Shown here: positions 10,501 through 20,280 of the stretch, one piece after another
Numbering within the stretch: the first letter of the stretch is position 1
How the letters are laid out: every line of letters begins with the position of its first letter
Source: an uncultured Ignavibacteriaceae bacterium
GTDB lineage: Bacteria > Bacteroidota > Ignavibacteria > Ch128b
Length of the DNA stretch: 64,000 bases
Assembly: GCA_964527925.1 (NCBI GenBank)
Contig: CAZGQO010000001.1
Location: forward strand, 324,808 to 388,807
Reading direction: 5' to 3'
Position numbers and translations under genes: made by a program
The notes under the pieces: model-generated
Told to the model about the DNA's origin: nothing
Seen by the model: only the letters and a program-made list of their open reading frames with translations
The model's database searches: none

Positions 10501-11511
10501 TTATCTTTCCTCATACCATTGTTTATAATATTTGAGATATTCACCTGATATTATTTCTTCCCACCACGATTTGTTTTCGATATACCATCGAATAGTTTTT
10601 TTGATTGCTGTTTCAAAAGAGTGTTGCGGTTTCCAGCCGAGTTCTGTTTTAATTTTTGTTGCGTCGATTGCATACCTTCTATCGTGTCCTGGACGATCTT
10701 TGACATAAGTTATAAGTGATTCATCTTTGCCCAATTCTTTTAAGATAAGTTTTACAATTTCAATATTTGGTTTTTCATTTTCTGCACCGATATTATAAAC
10801 TTCACCAATTCTTCCTTTTTCAAAAACTTTTAAGATTGCATCACAATGATCATCAACATAAATCCAATCTCTCACATTCATTCCATCGCCATACACAGGT
10901 AATGGTTTGTTGTTTAATGCATTTATGATCATCAATGGAATAAGCTTTTCCGGGAACTGGTAAGGTCCATAATTATTAGAACAACGAGTTATTAAAGCTG
11001 GAATGTCATAAGTATGATTGTAAGATCTAACTAATAAATCTGCGGCAGCTTTTGATGCAGAATAAGGACTATTTGGGGATAAAGGGGTCTGTTCTGTAAA
11101 CTTACCCGCTTTTCCCAATGAACCATAAACTTCATCAGTGGAAATTTGTAAGAATTTTTTCAAGTTAAATTTTCTGGTTAATTCAAGCAGAACATTTGTA
11201 CCAGAAACATTTGTTCGAATAAATTCTTGAGATGATAGAATACTTCTATCAACATGTGATTCGGCTGCAAAATTTATAATTGAATCGACTTTTTCCTTCT
11301 CAATGATGTAAGCAATTAACTCATAATTACAAATATCAGCTTTGTAAAATTTATATCGTGGATTTTCCTGGAGGTCCTTTAGATTTATTAAATTTCCCGC
11401 ATATGTGAGTTTGTCAATATTAACAATCTCGTAATCAGAATTCTTTATCAAAGATCGAATAAAATTACTTCCAATAAATCCACATCCGCCTGTTATTAAT
11501 ATTTTTGACAA
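10501..11511 (-). CDS. rfbB: dTDP-glucose 4,6-dehydratase
   Basis: 336 aa. ILITGGCGFIGSNF, YSASKAAAD (YxxxK), CSNNYGPYQFPEKLIP, DRPGHDRRYAID. Near-canonical RmlB/RfbB motifs along the whole length. Confidence 0.85.
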   Translation of the reverse strand: MSKILITGGCGFIGSNFIRSLIKNSDYEIVNIDKLTYAGNLINLKDLQENPRYKFYKADICNYELIAYIIEKEKVDSIINFAAESHVDRSILSSQEFIRTNVSGTNVLLELTRKFNLKKFLQISTDEVYGSLGKAGKFTEQTPLSPNSPYSASKAAADLLVRSYNHTYDIPALITRCSNNYGPYQFPEKLIPLMIINALNNKPLPVYGDGMNVRDWIYVDDHCDAILKVFEKGRIGEVYNIGAENEKPNIEIVKLILKELGKDESLITYVKDRPGHDRRYAIDATKIKTELGWKPQHSFETAIKKTIRWYIENKSWWEEIISGEYLKYYKQWYEER

Positions 11512-11523
11512 TTTGTTCTCCTT

Positions 11524-12240
11524 TTATTTCGACATAAATCCAATATTAATTCCCAATGTTAATAAAGAAGAATTGGATACAAAATCTTCTGGCACATTTT
11601 TGATTTCAAACTTTTTCAGAAAATGCCAGGCTTCATTTAATCTAATCAAATAAATATAATTCAATCTTACACTTAAAAAACGACTTAAACTATATTCAAC
11701 ACTAATTATGGGAGAAATCTGGAATGATGAACTCTCAAAACCAATTGAATAAGAATTGAATGTATTGGAATTAAACCGCTGAACAATATCATCAAAACTT
11801 ATCACTCCATTGTATCTTTTGATTTCAAAATTATCTTCAACTTTGCCTATCATAAAACCAGGACTGATATTCAAACTCTCCAATGAAAAAGTATATTCAA
11901 GTGAAAAGCCCCAGATTGATTGTTGATAATCAAAATACAATGACGGATCGTATGTTGATTTGTAAGAATTTTCTCCAGATAAATAAGTGAAAGACAATCT
12001 TGTGTCAGGCAGTATCAAAAAATAGATATATGTATTCAATCCAGATATCATGAAATTATTCGATAAACCTTTTTCACCTGATTGAAGAAAATGTATATTA
12101 AATGAATTGAACTTTGAAAACTCGATGCCTGAGTTATAACCAATTCCAAATCCGAATCTGCCTTTCAAACTTTGTTGAGCTGAGAGTTGTAAGTTGAAAA
12201 TAAGCATCAAAAAAACAACTATTTTTATAAGTTTATACAT
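11524..12240 (-). CDS. Hypothetical outer-membrane beta-barrel protein
   Basis: Start refined to MYKLIKIVVFLMLIFNLQLSAQQ (signal peptide) inside the 260-aa track ORF. Alternating beta-strand-like pattern ending ...GINIGFMSK. Confidence 0.4.
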   Translation of the reverse strand: MYKLIKIVVFLMLIFNLQLSAQQSLKGRFGFGIGYNSGIEFSKFNSFNIHFLQSGEKGLSNNFMISGLNTYIYFLILPDTRLSFTYLSGENSYKSTYDPSLYFDYQQSIWGFSLEYTFSLESLNISPGFMIGKVEDNFEIKRYNGVISFDDIVQRFNSNTFNSYSIGFESSSFQISPIISVEYSLSRFLSVRLNYIYLIRLNEAWHFLKKFEIKNVPEDFVSNSSLLTLGINIGFMSK

Positions 12241-12310
12241 TGTTACAAAGTTAAAGACCGATGAAAATTTTATCAATTTTGGATTTGTAATTATATTTTT
12301 ACACATACAA

Positions 12311-12970
12311 TTATTTTTTCAAGACAGGAAAGAAACAAAGCAATTCCTCAATAGAATTAATAATAAAATCAGCTTTCTGTAAATATTCTCTCTCCAATGT
12401 TGTTTCAACGGCAATGCAAATCATTTTGGCATTTTTTGCTGCCTCGATTCCAAGTGGAGCATTTTCAACTACGACGCATTCGTGTTCATTAAGTTCAAGT
12501 TTTTCCATTGCTTTTAAGTATGGTTCGGGATCTGGTTTTGATTTGGTGAAGTCTTCAGCGGTCAGAATAACATCAAAGAGTTTTCGTTTATCTGCAGGAA
12601 TTGCCTTCTCCATATTTTTTCGTGCTGAAGCAGTTACAAGTGCAGTTTTCAATCCACGAGATTTTAATTTCTTGATTACTTGAAAAACCTTTGGAAAATA
12701 TTTCAACTTTACGATTGAACGATAATATTTTCTTTTGTTTTCAATAAACTCTTCCCATTCGTTTTCGGGAATAGAAACATTAGCCTCTTTCATTAAAATT
12801 TGAATGATATCTCGTGAGCTTCTTCCTTCATGAAGTAAAACAGAATGTTTCGAAACTTTTCCGCCTCTCTCTTTAAACATTTTATCCCATGCCAGATAAT
12901 GATAATGGAGAGAATCAACAATAATTCCATCCATATCGAAGAGCACAGCTTTGATCATAATCTTTACCAA
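12311..12970 (-). CDS. HAD-superfamily hydrolase (beta-phosphoglucomutase-like subfamily)
   Basis: 219 aa. Motif I VLFDMDGIIVDS (DxDG); later K and DD motifs. Confidence 0.7.
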   Translation of the reverse strand: MVKIMIKAVLFDMDGIIVDSLHYHYLAWDKMFKERGGKVSKHSVLLHEGRSSRDIIQILMKEANVSIPENEWEEFIENKRKYYRSIVKLKYFPKVFQVIKKLKSRGLKTALVTASARKNMEKAIPADKRKLFDVILTAEDFTKSKPDPEPYLKAMEKLELNEHECVVVENAPLGIEAAKNAKMICIAVETTLEREYLQKADFIINSIEELLCFFPVLKK

Positions 12971-13010
12971 TTAATTTATTTTTCAATAATAAAGAAGGAT
13001 AAAAAAATAT

Positions 13011-13047
13011 AAAAAAACTCCCTACACTGAAGAATCAGCATAGGGAG
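13011..13047 (-). terminator. Rho-independent terminator downstream of ftsZ
   Basis: On the minus strand: CUCCCUAUGCUGA-uucu-UCAGUGUAGGGAG stem-loop followed by UUUUUUUAUAUUUUUUU. Begins about 30 nt after the ftsZ stop. Confidence 0.6.
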
Positions 13048-13080
13048 CGATATGTTTAAGGGAATGTTAAGGGGGGAAAC

Positions 13081-14412
13081 TCAGTCCATTAGCTTTCTCA
13101 AAAATTTAGAGGCATCTTCTTCGTCATCGTCTTTTGATTTACTCTTTCGAATATTTTTGAGAAAGTTTTCTTCTTCTGAATTTTTTAAATCTGAATTAAA
13201 GTTTAATTGCCCGCCTGATTTTTCTTTTAATCTGATGTGAGTTGGTATTTCATACTCATTAATTCTATCTGGATCATAAGTTACAAATTCAAGATCGAAA
13301 TTAAGAGTTTCATTAACGGTTGTAGTTGGAAGTACAGGTGGTAATTCTTCAGTTAGAAGTTTTAATTCAGTTCCATCATCACGAGTTTTATTCAGTCGGG
13401 TAATCTTATTATAACCTGTTGCAATGATTGTAACCATCACTTCATCCTGTAGTGAATCATCTTTAACAAGTCCGAACTTTTTGAATGCATTTGGATTAAC
13501 CATATCAGAAATCTTTTTCATCGCTTCCTGAACTTCTGCAAATGACATCGAATCAGAACCAGTGAAGTTGACAAGTACACTGTGGCAGCTTCTTAAATCC
13601 ATTTCATCAAGTAGTGGAGAACTAACAGCTTTATTGACTGCTTCAACAACTTTATTCTGTCCGCTTGCACGACCAATTCCCATTAATGCTTCACCGCTAT
13701 CACGCAGAACAGATTTGACATCGGCAAAATCGACATTAACCTTTCCATTTTTCAGAATTACATCACTAATTCCTTTGACTGCATTGAAGAGAACTTCATT
13801 AGGGACATCGTAAGCATCAAAAGCAGAGACTTTAGAAGTATCAATAACAAGGCTAATGTTATCATTTGGAATTGTTATCAAGCAGTCGCATACTTCTTTT
13901 AGTTCATGAATACCTTTTTCAGCAGTTTTAATTTTTTGTTCACCTTCGTACTTGAAAGGTTTAGTAACAACGGCAACGACAAGCGCACCTGTTGATTTGG
14001 CAATTCCACAAACAACTGGAGAAGCACCTGTACCTGTTCCACCACCAAGTCCAGTTGCAACAAAAACCATTTCAGCACCTTCAAGTGCTTGAAGAATTTT
14101 ATCTTTATCAAGCTCAGCTGATTTCTTACCAATTTCTACATTGCCTCCACTTCCTAAACCTTTAGTTATAGCAGCACCAATTTGAATTTTGTTGGGAGAG
14201 ATTGAACTAAGAAGATTTTGAGCATCAGTATTGACCGCAATGAATTCAACGCCGCTCAATCCTCGGGAAATCATATTGTTGATTGCATTGCAGCCTCCAT
14301 TGCCAACACCAATTACTTTAATCTTAGCAATCGGTTTTTCTTCGGGGGCTATGAAGATGGCGTATCTTCTTTGAGTTTGAGTTGTCGAGTGGTCAAGACG
14401 ATTTTCGAACAT
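13081..14412 (-). CDS. ftsZ: Cell division GTPase FtsZ
   Basis: Tubulin signature GGGTGTGASPVV and GVGNGGCNAINNM. Start refined to MFENRL at 14412 because a perfect SD (AAATGGAGGAATTATG) precedes it; the track ORF has a 16-aa N-terminal extension. Confidence 0.95.
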   Translation of the reverse strand: MFENRLDHSTTQTQRRYAIFIAPEEKPIAKIKVIGVGNGGCNAINNMISRGLSGVEFIAVNTDAQNLLSSISPNKIQIGAAITKGLGSGGNVEIGKKSAELDKDKILQALEGAEMVFVATGLGGGTGTGASPVVCGIAKSTGALVVAVVTKPFKYEGEQKIKTAEKGIHELKEVCDCLITIPNDNISLVIDTSKVSAFDAYDVPNEVLFNAVKGISDVILKNGKVNVDFADVKSVLRDSGEALMGIGRASGQNKVVEAVNKAVSSPLLDEMDLRSCHSVLVNFTGSDSMSFAEVQEAMKKISDMVNPNAFKKFGLVKDDSLQDEVMVTIIATGYNKITRLNKTRDDGTELKLLTEELPPVLPTTTVNETLNFDLEFVTYDPDRINEYEIPTHIRLKEKSGGQLNFNSDLKNSEEENFLKNIRKSKSKDDDEEDASKFLRKLMD

Positions 14413-14437
14413 AATTCCTCCATTTATGTTTTTGTGA

Positions 14438-15670
14438 TTAAAATTCTTTGAAAAATCCACTTATTTTCTCCATGATTTTTTTAAATGAGAATCCTGACTT
14501 TTTGATTTTCTCTTTTTCGATTTCGTAACTTTCAAAGTCGTTAAATAATAATCCAACAGCAGTTGCATAAACAGGATTTTCTACTTTTTTAGAGAGCCCA
14601 CTTCCCAGTTCATAAGGAATACCAAGTCTTGCTGGACGATCGAAAACTTCCTGAGCTAATTCAACACAACCTCTCAATAATGCACCTCCACCAGTTAAAA
14701 CTATTCCTGCATTAATTTGATCTTTCAGATTTTCATTTTTTAATTCATTTTTTATTAACATGAAAAGCTCTTTCATTCTTAGATGAATAATTTCCGTCAG
14801 CACACTGATTGAAACTTTTGTTGCGGGTCTAACTGGACTGACCTGAATATAGACTTCACGATCTTCAACGATAACTCTGGGAGTTGCATAGCCAAATTCA
14901 ATTTTCAATTTTTCGCATTGATCTGTAATTAATCTAAATGCTGCACGTATATCATTCGTAACCTGATTGCCAGCAATACCGATTACAAGCGTATGTCTGA
15001 TTGATCCATTGACATAAACAGCCAGGTCAGTTGTCCCGCCACCAATATCAATCATTGCAACACCGAGTTCTTTTTCATCTTTATCAAGAACAGCATTTGC
15101 TGATGCAAGAGGTTGTAAAATCATCTTATTAATTTTTAATCCTGCTTTCTCGACTGCAAGTTTTAGATTATCTGTTGCAGCCTTTTGGGCAAGAACAATA
15201 TGATGATAAGCTTCAAGTTTTTGAGCCACAACACCAACTGGATTTCTCGTTTCGATTTCGTTATCTATTATATATTTCTCTGGTAAGATGTGAAGAATAA
15301 AATAGTCTGATGGTATTCGAGTCATTCGAACATCATTGAGCAAACGTTCAACATCTGATTCATTGATGATAAAATCAGGATTGTTAATCGTAACAAAATT
15401 TCTGTACCGCATTGAATTAATGAAGATACCAGCTACTCCAACATTTACAGAAGAAATTTTTATTCCCGCCTGATTTTCAGCGATTGCGACAGCTTTTTTA
15501 ATTGATTCAGCCGTTTTCAAAATATTTGCTACGGTACCTCTTGTCATTCCTTCTGATGGAGCAGTTCCTATTCCAAGTATATTTAGCTTGGAATCCGATT
15601 TTCGCTCTGCAATTATTGCACAGGTCTTTGTTGTTCCAATATCCAGACTTGCAATAATATTTTTCTTCAT
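14438..15670 (-). CDS. ftsA: Cell division protein FtsA (actin-like ATPase)
   Basis: 410 aa. DIGTTKT, DIGGGTTD and GGGALL phosphate and adenosine motifs. Confidence 0.9.
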   Translation of the reverse strand: MKKNIIASLDIGTTKTCAIIAERKSDSKLNILGIGTAPSEGMTRGTVANILKTAESIKKAVAIAENQAGIKISSVNVGVAGIFINSMRYRNFVTINNPDFIINESDVERLLNDVRMTRIPSDYFILHILPEKYIIDNEIETRNPVGVVAQKLEAYHHIVLAQKAATDNLKLAVEKAGLKINKMILQPLASANAVLDKDEKELGVAMIDIGGGTTDLAVYVNGSIRHTLVIGIAGNQVTNDIRAAFRLITDQCEKLKIEFGYATPRVIVEDREVYIQVSPVRPATKVSISVLTEIIHLRMKELFMLIKNELKNENLKDQINAGIVLTGGGALLRGCVELAQEVFDRPARLGIPYELGSGLSKKVENPVYATAVGLLFNDFESYEIEKEKIKKSGFSFKKIMEKISGFFKEF

Positions 15671-16413
15671 TAGCTATTTTTTGAATTTGTTTTGATAACA
15701 ATTTGATCTTCAAAACGCAAATCGATGTAATCGTAATTCGTATCTGAATTTTTCAGAACCACATTCCTCCAGAATTCTGAGAAATAAAGTGCTTTAAACT
15801 TATCTAAAGATTTTCCAATTAATATTTTTCCTTTTGGTTTGGTTAAGAATAAAACAAGGTCAGAATTTGTATCGATATTCAATTCTGATGTAACTTCAAA
15901 CAGTGCATCATCAATCTTATCTATATTTAAGAAAGCATTGAATGCATTCTTAATTACGGGATTCTCACTCATCTTCGATCCATTAGCTAACTTAAAGTTA
16001 TTGACAGTTAGAATTGGTAAATCAAAAACTCTCAGTCGTTTGTCATCAGGTAAAATTTTACCGTCTTTTGAAATAATGAATGATCCTTGCTTAGTAATCA
16101 TCATAATAAATGGTTCTATTTCAGTAATAAACACTTGAAATGTATGGAGATCAACAAATCTTCCTTCTGCGTTTTTAACATATGGGATTTTTTCGATTCT
16201 ATCGATGATTGTTTTTGCTGGAATTTCTTTTAAATCTTCGCTGTTTTTTATTGAAATAAAATCATATATCATTTCGTCAGGGATGATTTGATTATTTGTA
16301 ATAATAATTTTTTGCACTTGATATTCGGGCTCAAATTTTTTTGCAAGAATTCCCAGATAAGAAATAAATGCAATAAATAGAACAAAGATTATGTAAATAC
16401 TGTATCTCTTCAT
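15670..16413 (-). CDS. ftsQ: Cell division protein FtsQ/DivIB (POTRA domain)
   Basis: 247 aa with a single N-terminal TM helix and a periplasmic POTRA-like region. Position between murB and ftsA. Confidence 0.7.
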   Translation of the reverse strand: MKRYSIYIIFVLFIAFISYLGILAKKFEPEYQVQKIIITNNQIIPDEMIYDFISIKNSEDLKEIPAKTIIDRIEKIPYVKNAEGRFVDLHTFQVFITEIEPFIMMITKQGSFIISKDGKILPDDKRLRVFDLPILTVNNFKLANGSKMSENPVIKNAFNAFLNIDKIDDALFEVTSELNIDTNSDLVLFLTKPKGKILIGKSLDKFKALYFSEFWRNVVLKNSDTNYDYIDLRFEDQIVIKTNSKNS

Positions 16414-17324
16414 TTTACAGTTTCTTTATTCTTGTTAAAGCCAATCAATTTAATTTCGGGTTCAAGCATCACACCAAATTTTTCAGAAACTTTTTTTTGG
16501 ATAACTTTCATCAATTCAACTACATCCTGTGCTTTAGAATTATTAAAATTGACAATAAAATTTGCATGCTTCTCAGATACTTTTGCTCCGCCAACCGTTA
16601 ATCCTTTCAATCCGGCTGCTTCTATTAATCGAGCAGCATAATCTCCAGCAGGATTCTTGAAAATACTGCCAGCATTTGGTAATTCAACTGGCTGAGATTG
16701 ATTTCTTTTAATCAAAAGCTCTTTTCGTCTTTTTTTAGCTTCTTCACTATTTCCGACTGGTAATTCAAATTTTGCTGAGATGATTATAGTTTTTTCAAGA
16801 TTTGATCTTCTATAAGCAAAACCACATTCTTCTTTCTTAAGATTTAATATTTTACCTTCTTTGATAACCTCAACAGACTTAATGTGATCAGATATTTCAC
16901 CTCCATAGGCACCTGCATTCATCAAGATTGCACCACCAAGAGTTCCTGGAATTCCAGCTAGGTTTTCAACTCCCACCAAAGAATGTTCAAGACAAACATC
17001 AACAAATTTGGACAAACGAATACCTGCTTCAGCATAAACTTCATTACCCTTCAATTCAATTTTATTGAAACCGTATTCGAGATTAATTGCAGCGCCTCTA
17101 ATTCCTTCATCACTTATCAAAACATTACTGCCATTTCCAATTACGATATAAGGATATTTAATTTCATCCAGATAATTAATCAGATTTAGTAAGTCAGATT
17201 TATCTTTTGGTTCGAGATAATAATCAGCCGGACCACCAATTTTGAATGTAGTGAATCGGGCCAGTGGTTCGCTTATTGAAATATGTCCTTTGAAAAATTC
17301 TCTTACTTTTTCTACTGAAAACAT
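16410..17324 (-). CDS. murB: UDP-N-acetylenolpyruvoylglucosamine reductase
   Basis: 304 aa. FAD-binding TTFKIGGPADY..GNGSNVL and C-terminal MurB domain. Confidence 0.85.
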   Translation of the reverse strand: MFSVEKVREFFKGHISISEPLARFTTFKIGGPADYYLEPKDKSDLLNLINYLDEIKYPYIVIGNGSNVLISDEGIRGAAINLEYGFNKIELKGNEVYAEAGIRLSKFVDVCLEHSLVGVENLAGIPGTLGGAILMNAGAYGGEISDHIKSVEVIKEGKILNLKKEECGFAYRRSNLEKTIIISAKFELPVGNSEEAKKRRKELLIKRNQSQPVELPNAGSIFKNPAGDYAARLIEAAGLKGLTVGGAKVSEKHANFIVNFNNSKAQDVVELMKVIQKKVSEKFGVMLEPEIKLIGFNKNKETVK

Positions 17325-17326
17325 TT

Positions 17327-18706
17327 TTACTTTTTATCTTTTAATTTTTTGATAAACTCTTCACCATATTTCCAGATATCGCCGGCTCCCATAGTAACGA
17401 CAATATCACTAGGTTGAACAATTTTTAACAAAGTATCTGGAATATCTTTTTTATCAGGTACATAAAGAACATTTTTATGACCGAATTTTTCAGCCGCATC
17501 AGTGATTAATTGACCTGTTATGCCTTGAATAGGAACTTCTCTGGCTGGATATATATCAGTGCAAATAAAAACATCTGAATCTAAAAATGATTTAGCAAAG
17601 TCATTATAGAAATCTCTTGTTCTTGTATAAAGATGCGGCTGGAAAACCGCAATTATTCTTCTGTCCCAGCCAGTTCGAATTGCAGATAAAGTTGCCGAGA
17701 CTTCCGTCGGATGATGTGCATAATCATCCACAACCATTATTCCGTTAACTTCTGCTTTAATTTCAAATCGTCTATAAACACCACTGAACTTTTTCAATGC
17801 AGACTTGATGACTTCAAAATCTACACCGAGTTCACGAGCAATTGTTAAAGCCACAAGAGAATTCTTTACATTATGAATCCCAGGAACATTCAATTCAACT
17901 TCTCCAAGTAGTTGACCAAAATATTTTACTTTGAATTTTGAAGTAGTTTGATGAAAAGAAACATCATAAGCACGTACATCAGCCTGTGCACTTAATCCAT
18001 AGGTAATCACTTTCCTGTTAATTCCAGGCAAAATTTCTCGTAAACCTTCTTCATCGAGACATAAAACTACAAAACCATAAAAAGGTACTTTGTTCGCAAA
18101 TTCAACAAAAGCTGATTTGATATCTTCAAGATCTTTGTAAATATCAAGATGTTCTTTCTCAAGAGTTGTTATTGCTGCAATAACTGGGGTTAACTGTAAA
18201 AAACTTCTATCAAACTCATCTGCTTCTACAATTATAAAATCACCATGACCTAATCGAGCATTGGTTCCACCAAGACCACTTAATTTTCCGCCAACAATAA
18301 CCGTTGGATCAAAACCAGCCTCAAGCATTACAAGTCCAACCATAGATGTTGTGGTAGTTTTTCCATGAGTTCCTGCAATACCAATTCCATATTTCAATCT
18401 CATCAGCTCTGCAAGCATCTCTGATCTTTTGATCACAGGAATTTTTCTTCTGAGTGCTTCCTGAATTTCCACATTATCCATAGTAACTGCCGAAGAATAA
18501 ACTACCACGTCAGCGTCTTTAATATTTTCTTCACTGTGACCTTCATAGATTTCTGCGCCAAGAGATTGAAGTCTATCTGTTATTTCACTAAGACTTCTGT
18601 CAGAACCAGAGACTTTGAAATTCATTGCAAGGAGAACCTCAGAAATACCGCTCATTCCAATTCCCCCAATACCAACCATGTGAACTTTATTAAAATTTTT
18701 AAGCAT
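17327..18706 (-). CDS. murC: UDP-N-acetylmuramate--L-alanine ligase
   Basis: HMVGIGGIGMSGISEVL, GTHGKTTTTSM. Start refined to MLKNFNKVH (18706); the track ORF extends 17 codons upstream. Confidence 0.9.
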   Translation of the reverse strand: MLKNFNKVHMVGIGGIGMSGISEVLLAMNFKVSGSDRSLSEITDRLQSLGAEIYEGHSEENIKDADVVVYSSAVTMDNVEIQEALRRKIPVIKRSEMLAELMRLKYGIGIAGTHGKTTTTSMVGLVMLEAGFDPTVIVGGKLSGLGGTNARLGHGDFIIVEADEFDRSFLQLTPVIAAITTLEKEHLDIYKDLEDIKSAFVEFANKVPFYGFVVLCLDEEGLREILPGINRKVITYGLSAQADVRAYDVSFHQTTSKFKVKYFGQLLGEVELNVPGIHNVKNSLVALTIARELGVDFEVIKSALKKFSGVYRRFEIKAEVNGIMVVDDYAHHPTEVSATLSAIRTGWDRRIIAVFQPHLYTRTRDFYNDFAKSFLDSDVFICTDIYPAREVPIQGITGQLITDAAEKFGHKNVLYVPDKKDIPDTLLKIVQPSDIVVTMGAGDIWKYGEEFIKKLKDKK

Positions 18707-19181
18707 GTTTCTCCTTCTCTTTCTCTTCAAGTTTACTTTTGATATATATAATATCATTCATCAATTCATCTTCGTTTTCATAATCAAATGGACGAATAAC
18801 CAGATTTTTTCTTTCACCTTGTTTAAGTTTAATTACAACTATTCTCAAGAAAGATGAGAGATAAAATCCTCTTTCACGTTTTATTTTTATTTCATTGATA
18901 TTTTCAAAAGGTATGGAAATAAATTTAAATTTAGATTCAACAATTAGTTTGTCATTCTCTATGATAATTTCTTTTTTCAGAATTATATAATAGATAGTAT
19001 TAACAAGAACATAAGCTATCAAAACAAGGAATAAGTGGAGAATTGAATCTTTTAAAATTCTTTCCATATCAAATCCAATAAATTGCAATCGCAATAAAAC
19101 ATAGACAATCAACGCAACCAGATAGACTGTTAAAGATTGATAATATAAAGTCATATTATACTTAAATGATTTTCTTTCCAT
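18699..19181 (-). CDS. Small membrane protein inserted in the dcw cluster (two TM helices plus a C-terminal PH-like, YdbS/bPH_2-like domain; function unknown)
   Basis: The ORF fills the murG-murC gap exactly (2-nt gap to the murC ATG). TM1 SLTVYLVALIVYVLL, TM2 ILHLFLVLIAYVLVNTIYYIIL, then a beta-rich domain ending in a Lys/Glu-rich tail. The track start is TTG; ATG at 19181 (MERKS) is preferred. Confidence 0.5.
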   Translation of the reverse strand: MERKSFKYNMTLYYQSLTVYLVALIVYVLLRLQFIGFDMERILKDSILHLFLVLIAYVLVNTIYYIILKKEIIIENDKLIVESKFKFISIPFENINEIKIKRERGFYLSSFLRIVVIKLKQGERKNLVIRPFDYENEDELMNDIIYIKSKLEEKEKEKHA

Positions 19182-20280
19182 TTTCCAGAACGATTTTTCT
19201 AATTCTTTCAACAATCACTTTTGAAGCATCAGCTTGAAAAAGTGATTTTGCATTTTCTGATAAACTCTTCAAACGTTCTTCATTCACTAATAAACTCACA
19301 ATCTTATCATAGAGCACATCAGCCAATTCTTCATCGAACAAAATTTCAGCAGCATCTTTTTCGAATAAAGTTCTTGCGTTATAGTATTGATGATTTTCTG
19401 TTACATTTGGTGATGGAATTAAGACAGCTGGTATTCCCTGCGAAATTATTTCAGAAATTGTGGATGCACCTGATCTCGAAACAAGTAAATCACACATTGA
19501 ATATGCATAATCCATTCTTTCAATAAATGGAAGAATCACTACTCTTTCACTTCTGGGCAAATCTTTATATTGATGATAATGAGTTTTTCCTGTTTGCCAG
19601 ATTAATTGATAGTTTTGTGCAAGTTTCAGGTAAATCTGAAAGATTTTTTCGTTCAGGGACTGAGCACCAAGGCTGCCACCAAGTACCAGAATTGTTTTGA
19701 CTTCAGGTGATAGACCAAAATATTTTGCTGCTGCCTCTCTATTTCTTTCATATAAATTTTTACGAACTGGAGTACCAGTAACCACAAAATTGTAATCTTT
19801 CTTGAAATACTCTTTTGTCTTTTCAAATGATAGATAGATTTCACTTGAAAACGGAACTAAAAATTTTGTTGCAAATCCAGGAAATGAATTCGATTCAACT
19901 AAAAATATTTTTGAGCCAAGTAATTTTGCTGCCAAAAGCGGAGGCACAGAAATATAACTGCCCGTTCCTATTGAAATTTTTGGTTTGAATGGAATTAATT
20001 TAATTATGGATTGTATGAATGCTATAAAAAGACTTACAAGAAAAACTATCAATTTGAAACTTAGTTTTCTTGGCAATCCAATTACTGATGTACCTGCGTA
20101 TTTATAACCTAACATTGGCAATATTTCGGATTCCATTCTTTTTTTGGTTCCCATGAAAAAAATTTCAGCGTCATTAAATTGTTCTTTAATTTCTTCTGCA
20201 ATAGCAATCGCCGGGAAAAGATGTCCACCCGTTCCACCTGCGCTAATCAATATTTTTAATCTTTCATTTTTTGACATCAT
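19162..20280 (-). CDS. murG: UDP-GlcNAc:undecaprenyl-PP-MurNAc-pentapeptide GlcNAc transferase
   Basis: 372 aa. ILISAGGTGGHLFPAIAIAEE N-terminal G-loop and C-terminal GT28 domain. Confidence 0.9.
   Translation of the reverse strand: MMSKNERLKILISAGGTGGHLFPAIAIAEEIKEQFNDAEIFFMGTKKRMESEILPMLGYKYAGTSVIGLPRKLSFKLIVFLVSLFIAFIQSIIKLIPFKPKISIGTGSYISVPPLLAAKLLGSKIFLVESNSFPGFATKFLVPFSSEIYLSFEKTKEYFKKDYNFVVTGTPVRKNLYERNREAAAKYFGLSPEVKTILVLGGSLGAQSLNEKIFQIYLKLAQNYQLIWQTGKTHYHQYKDLPRSERVVILPFIERMDYAYSMCDLLVSRSGASTISEIISQGIPAVLIPSPNVTENHQYYNARTLFEKDAAEILFDEELADVLYDKIVSLLVNEERLKSLSENAKSLFQADASKVIVERIRKIVLENGKKII

Noticed and set aside
17327-18757. N-terminal extension of murC (MILYISKVNLKRKRRRN...) in the ORF track
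   Set aside because: The extension overlaps the upstream gene and is basic low-complexity. The conserved MurC N-terminus begins at the internal Met (MLKNF..HMVGIGGIGMSG).
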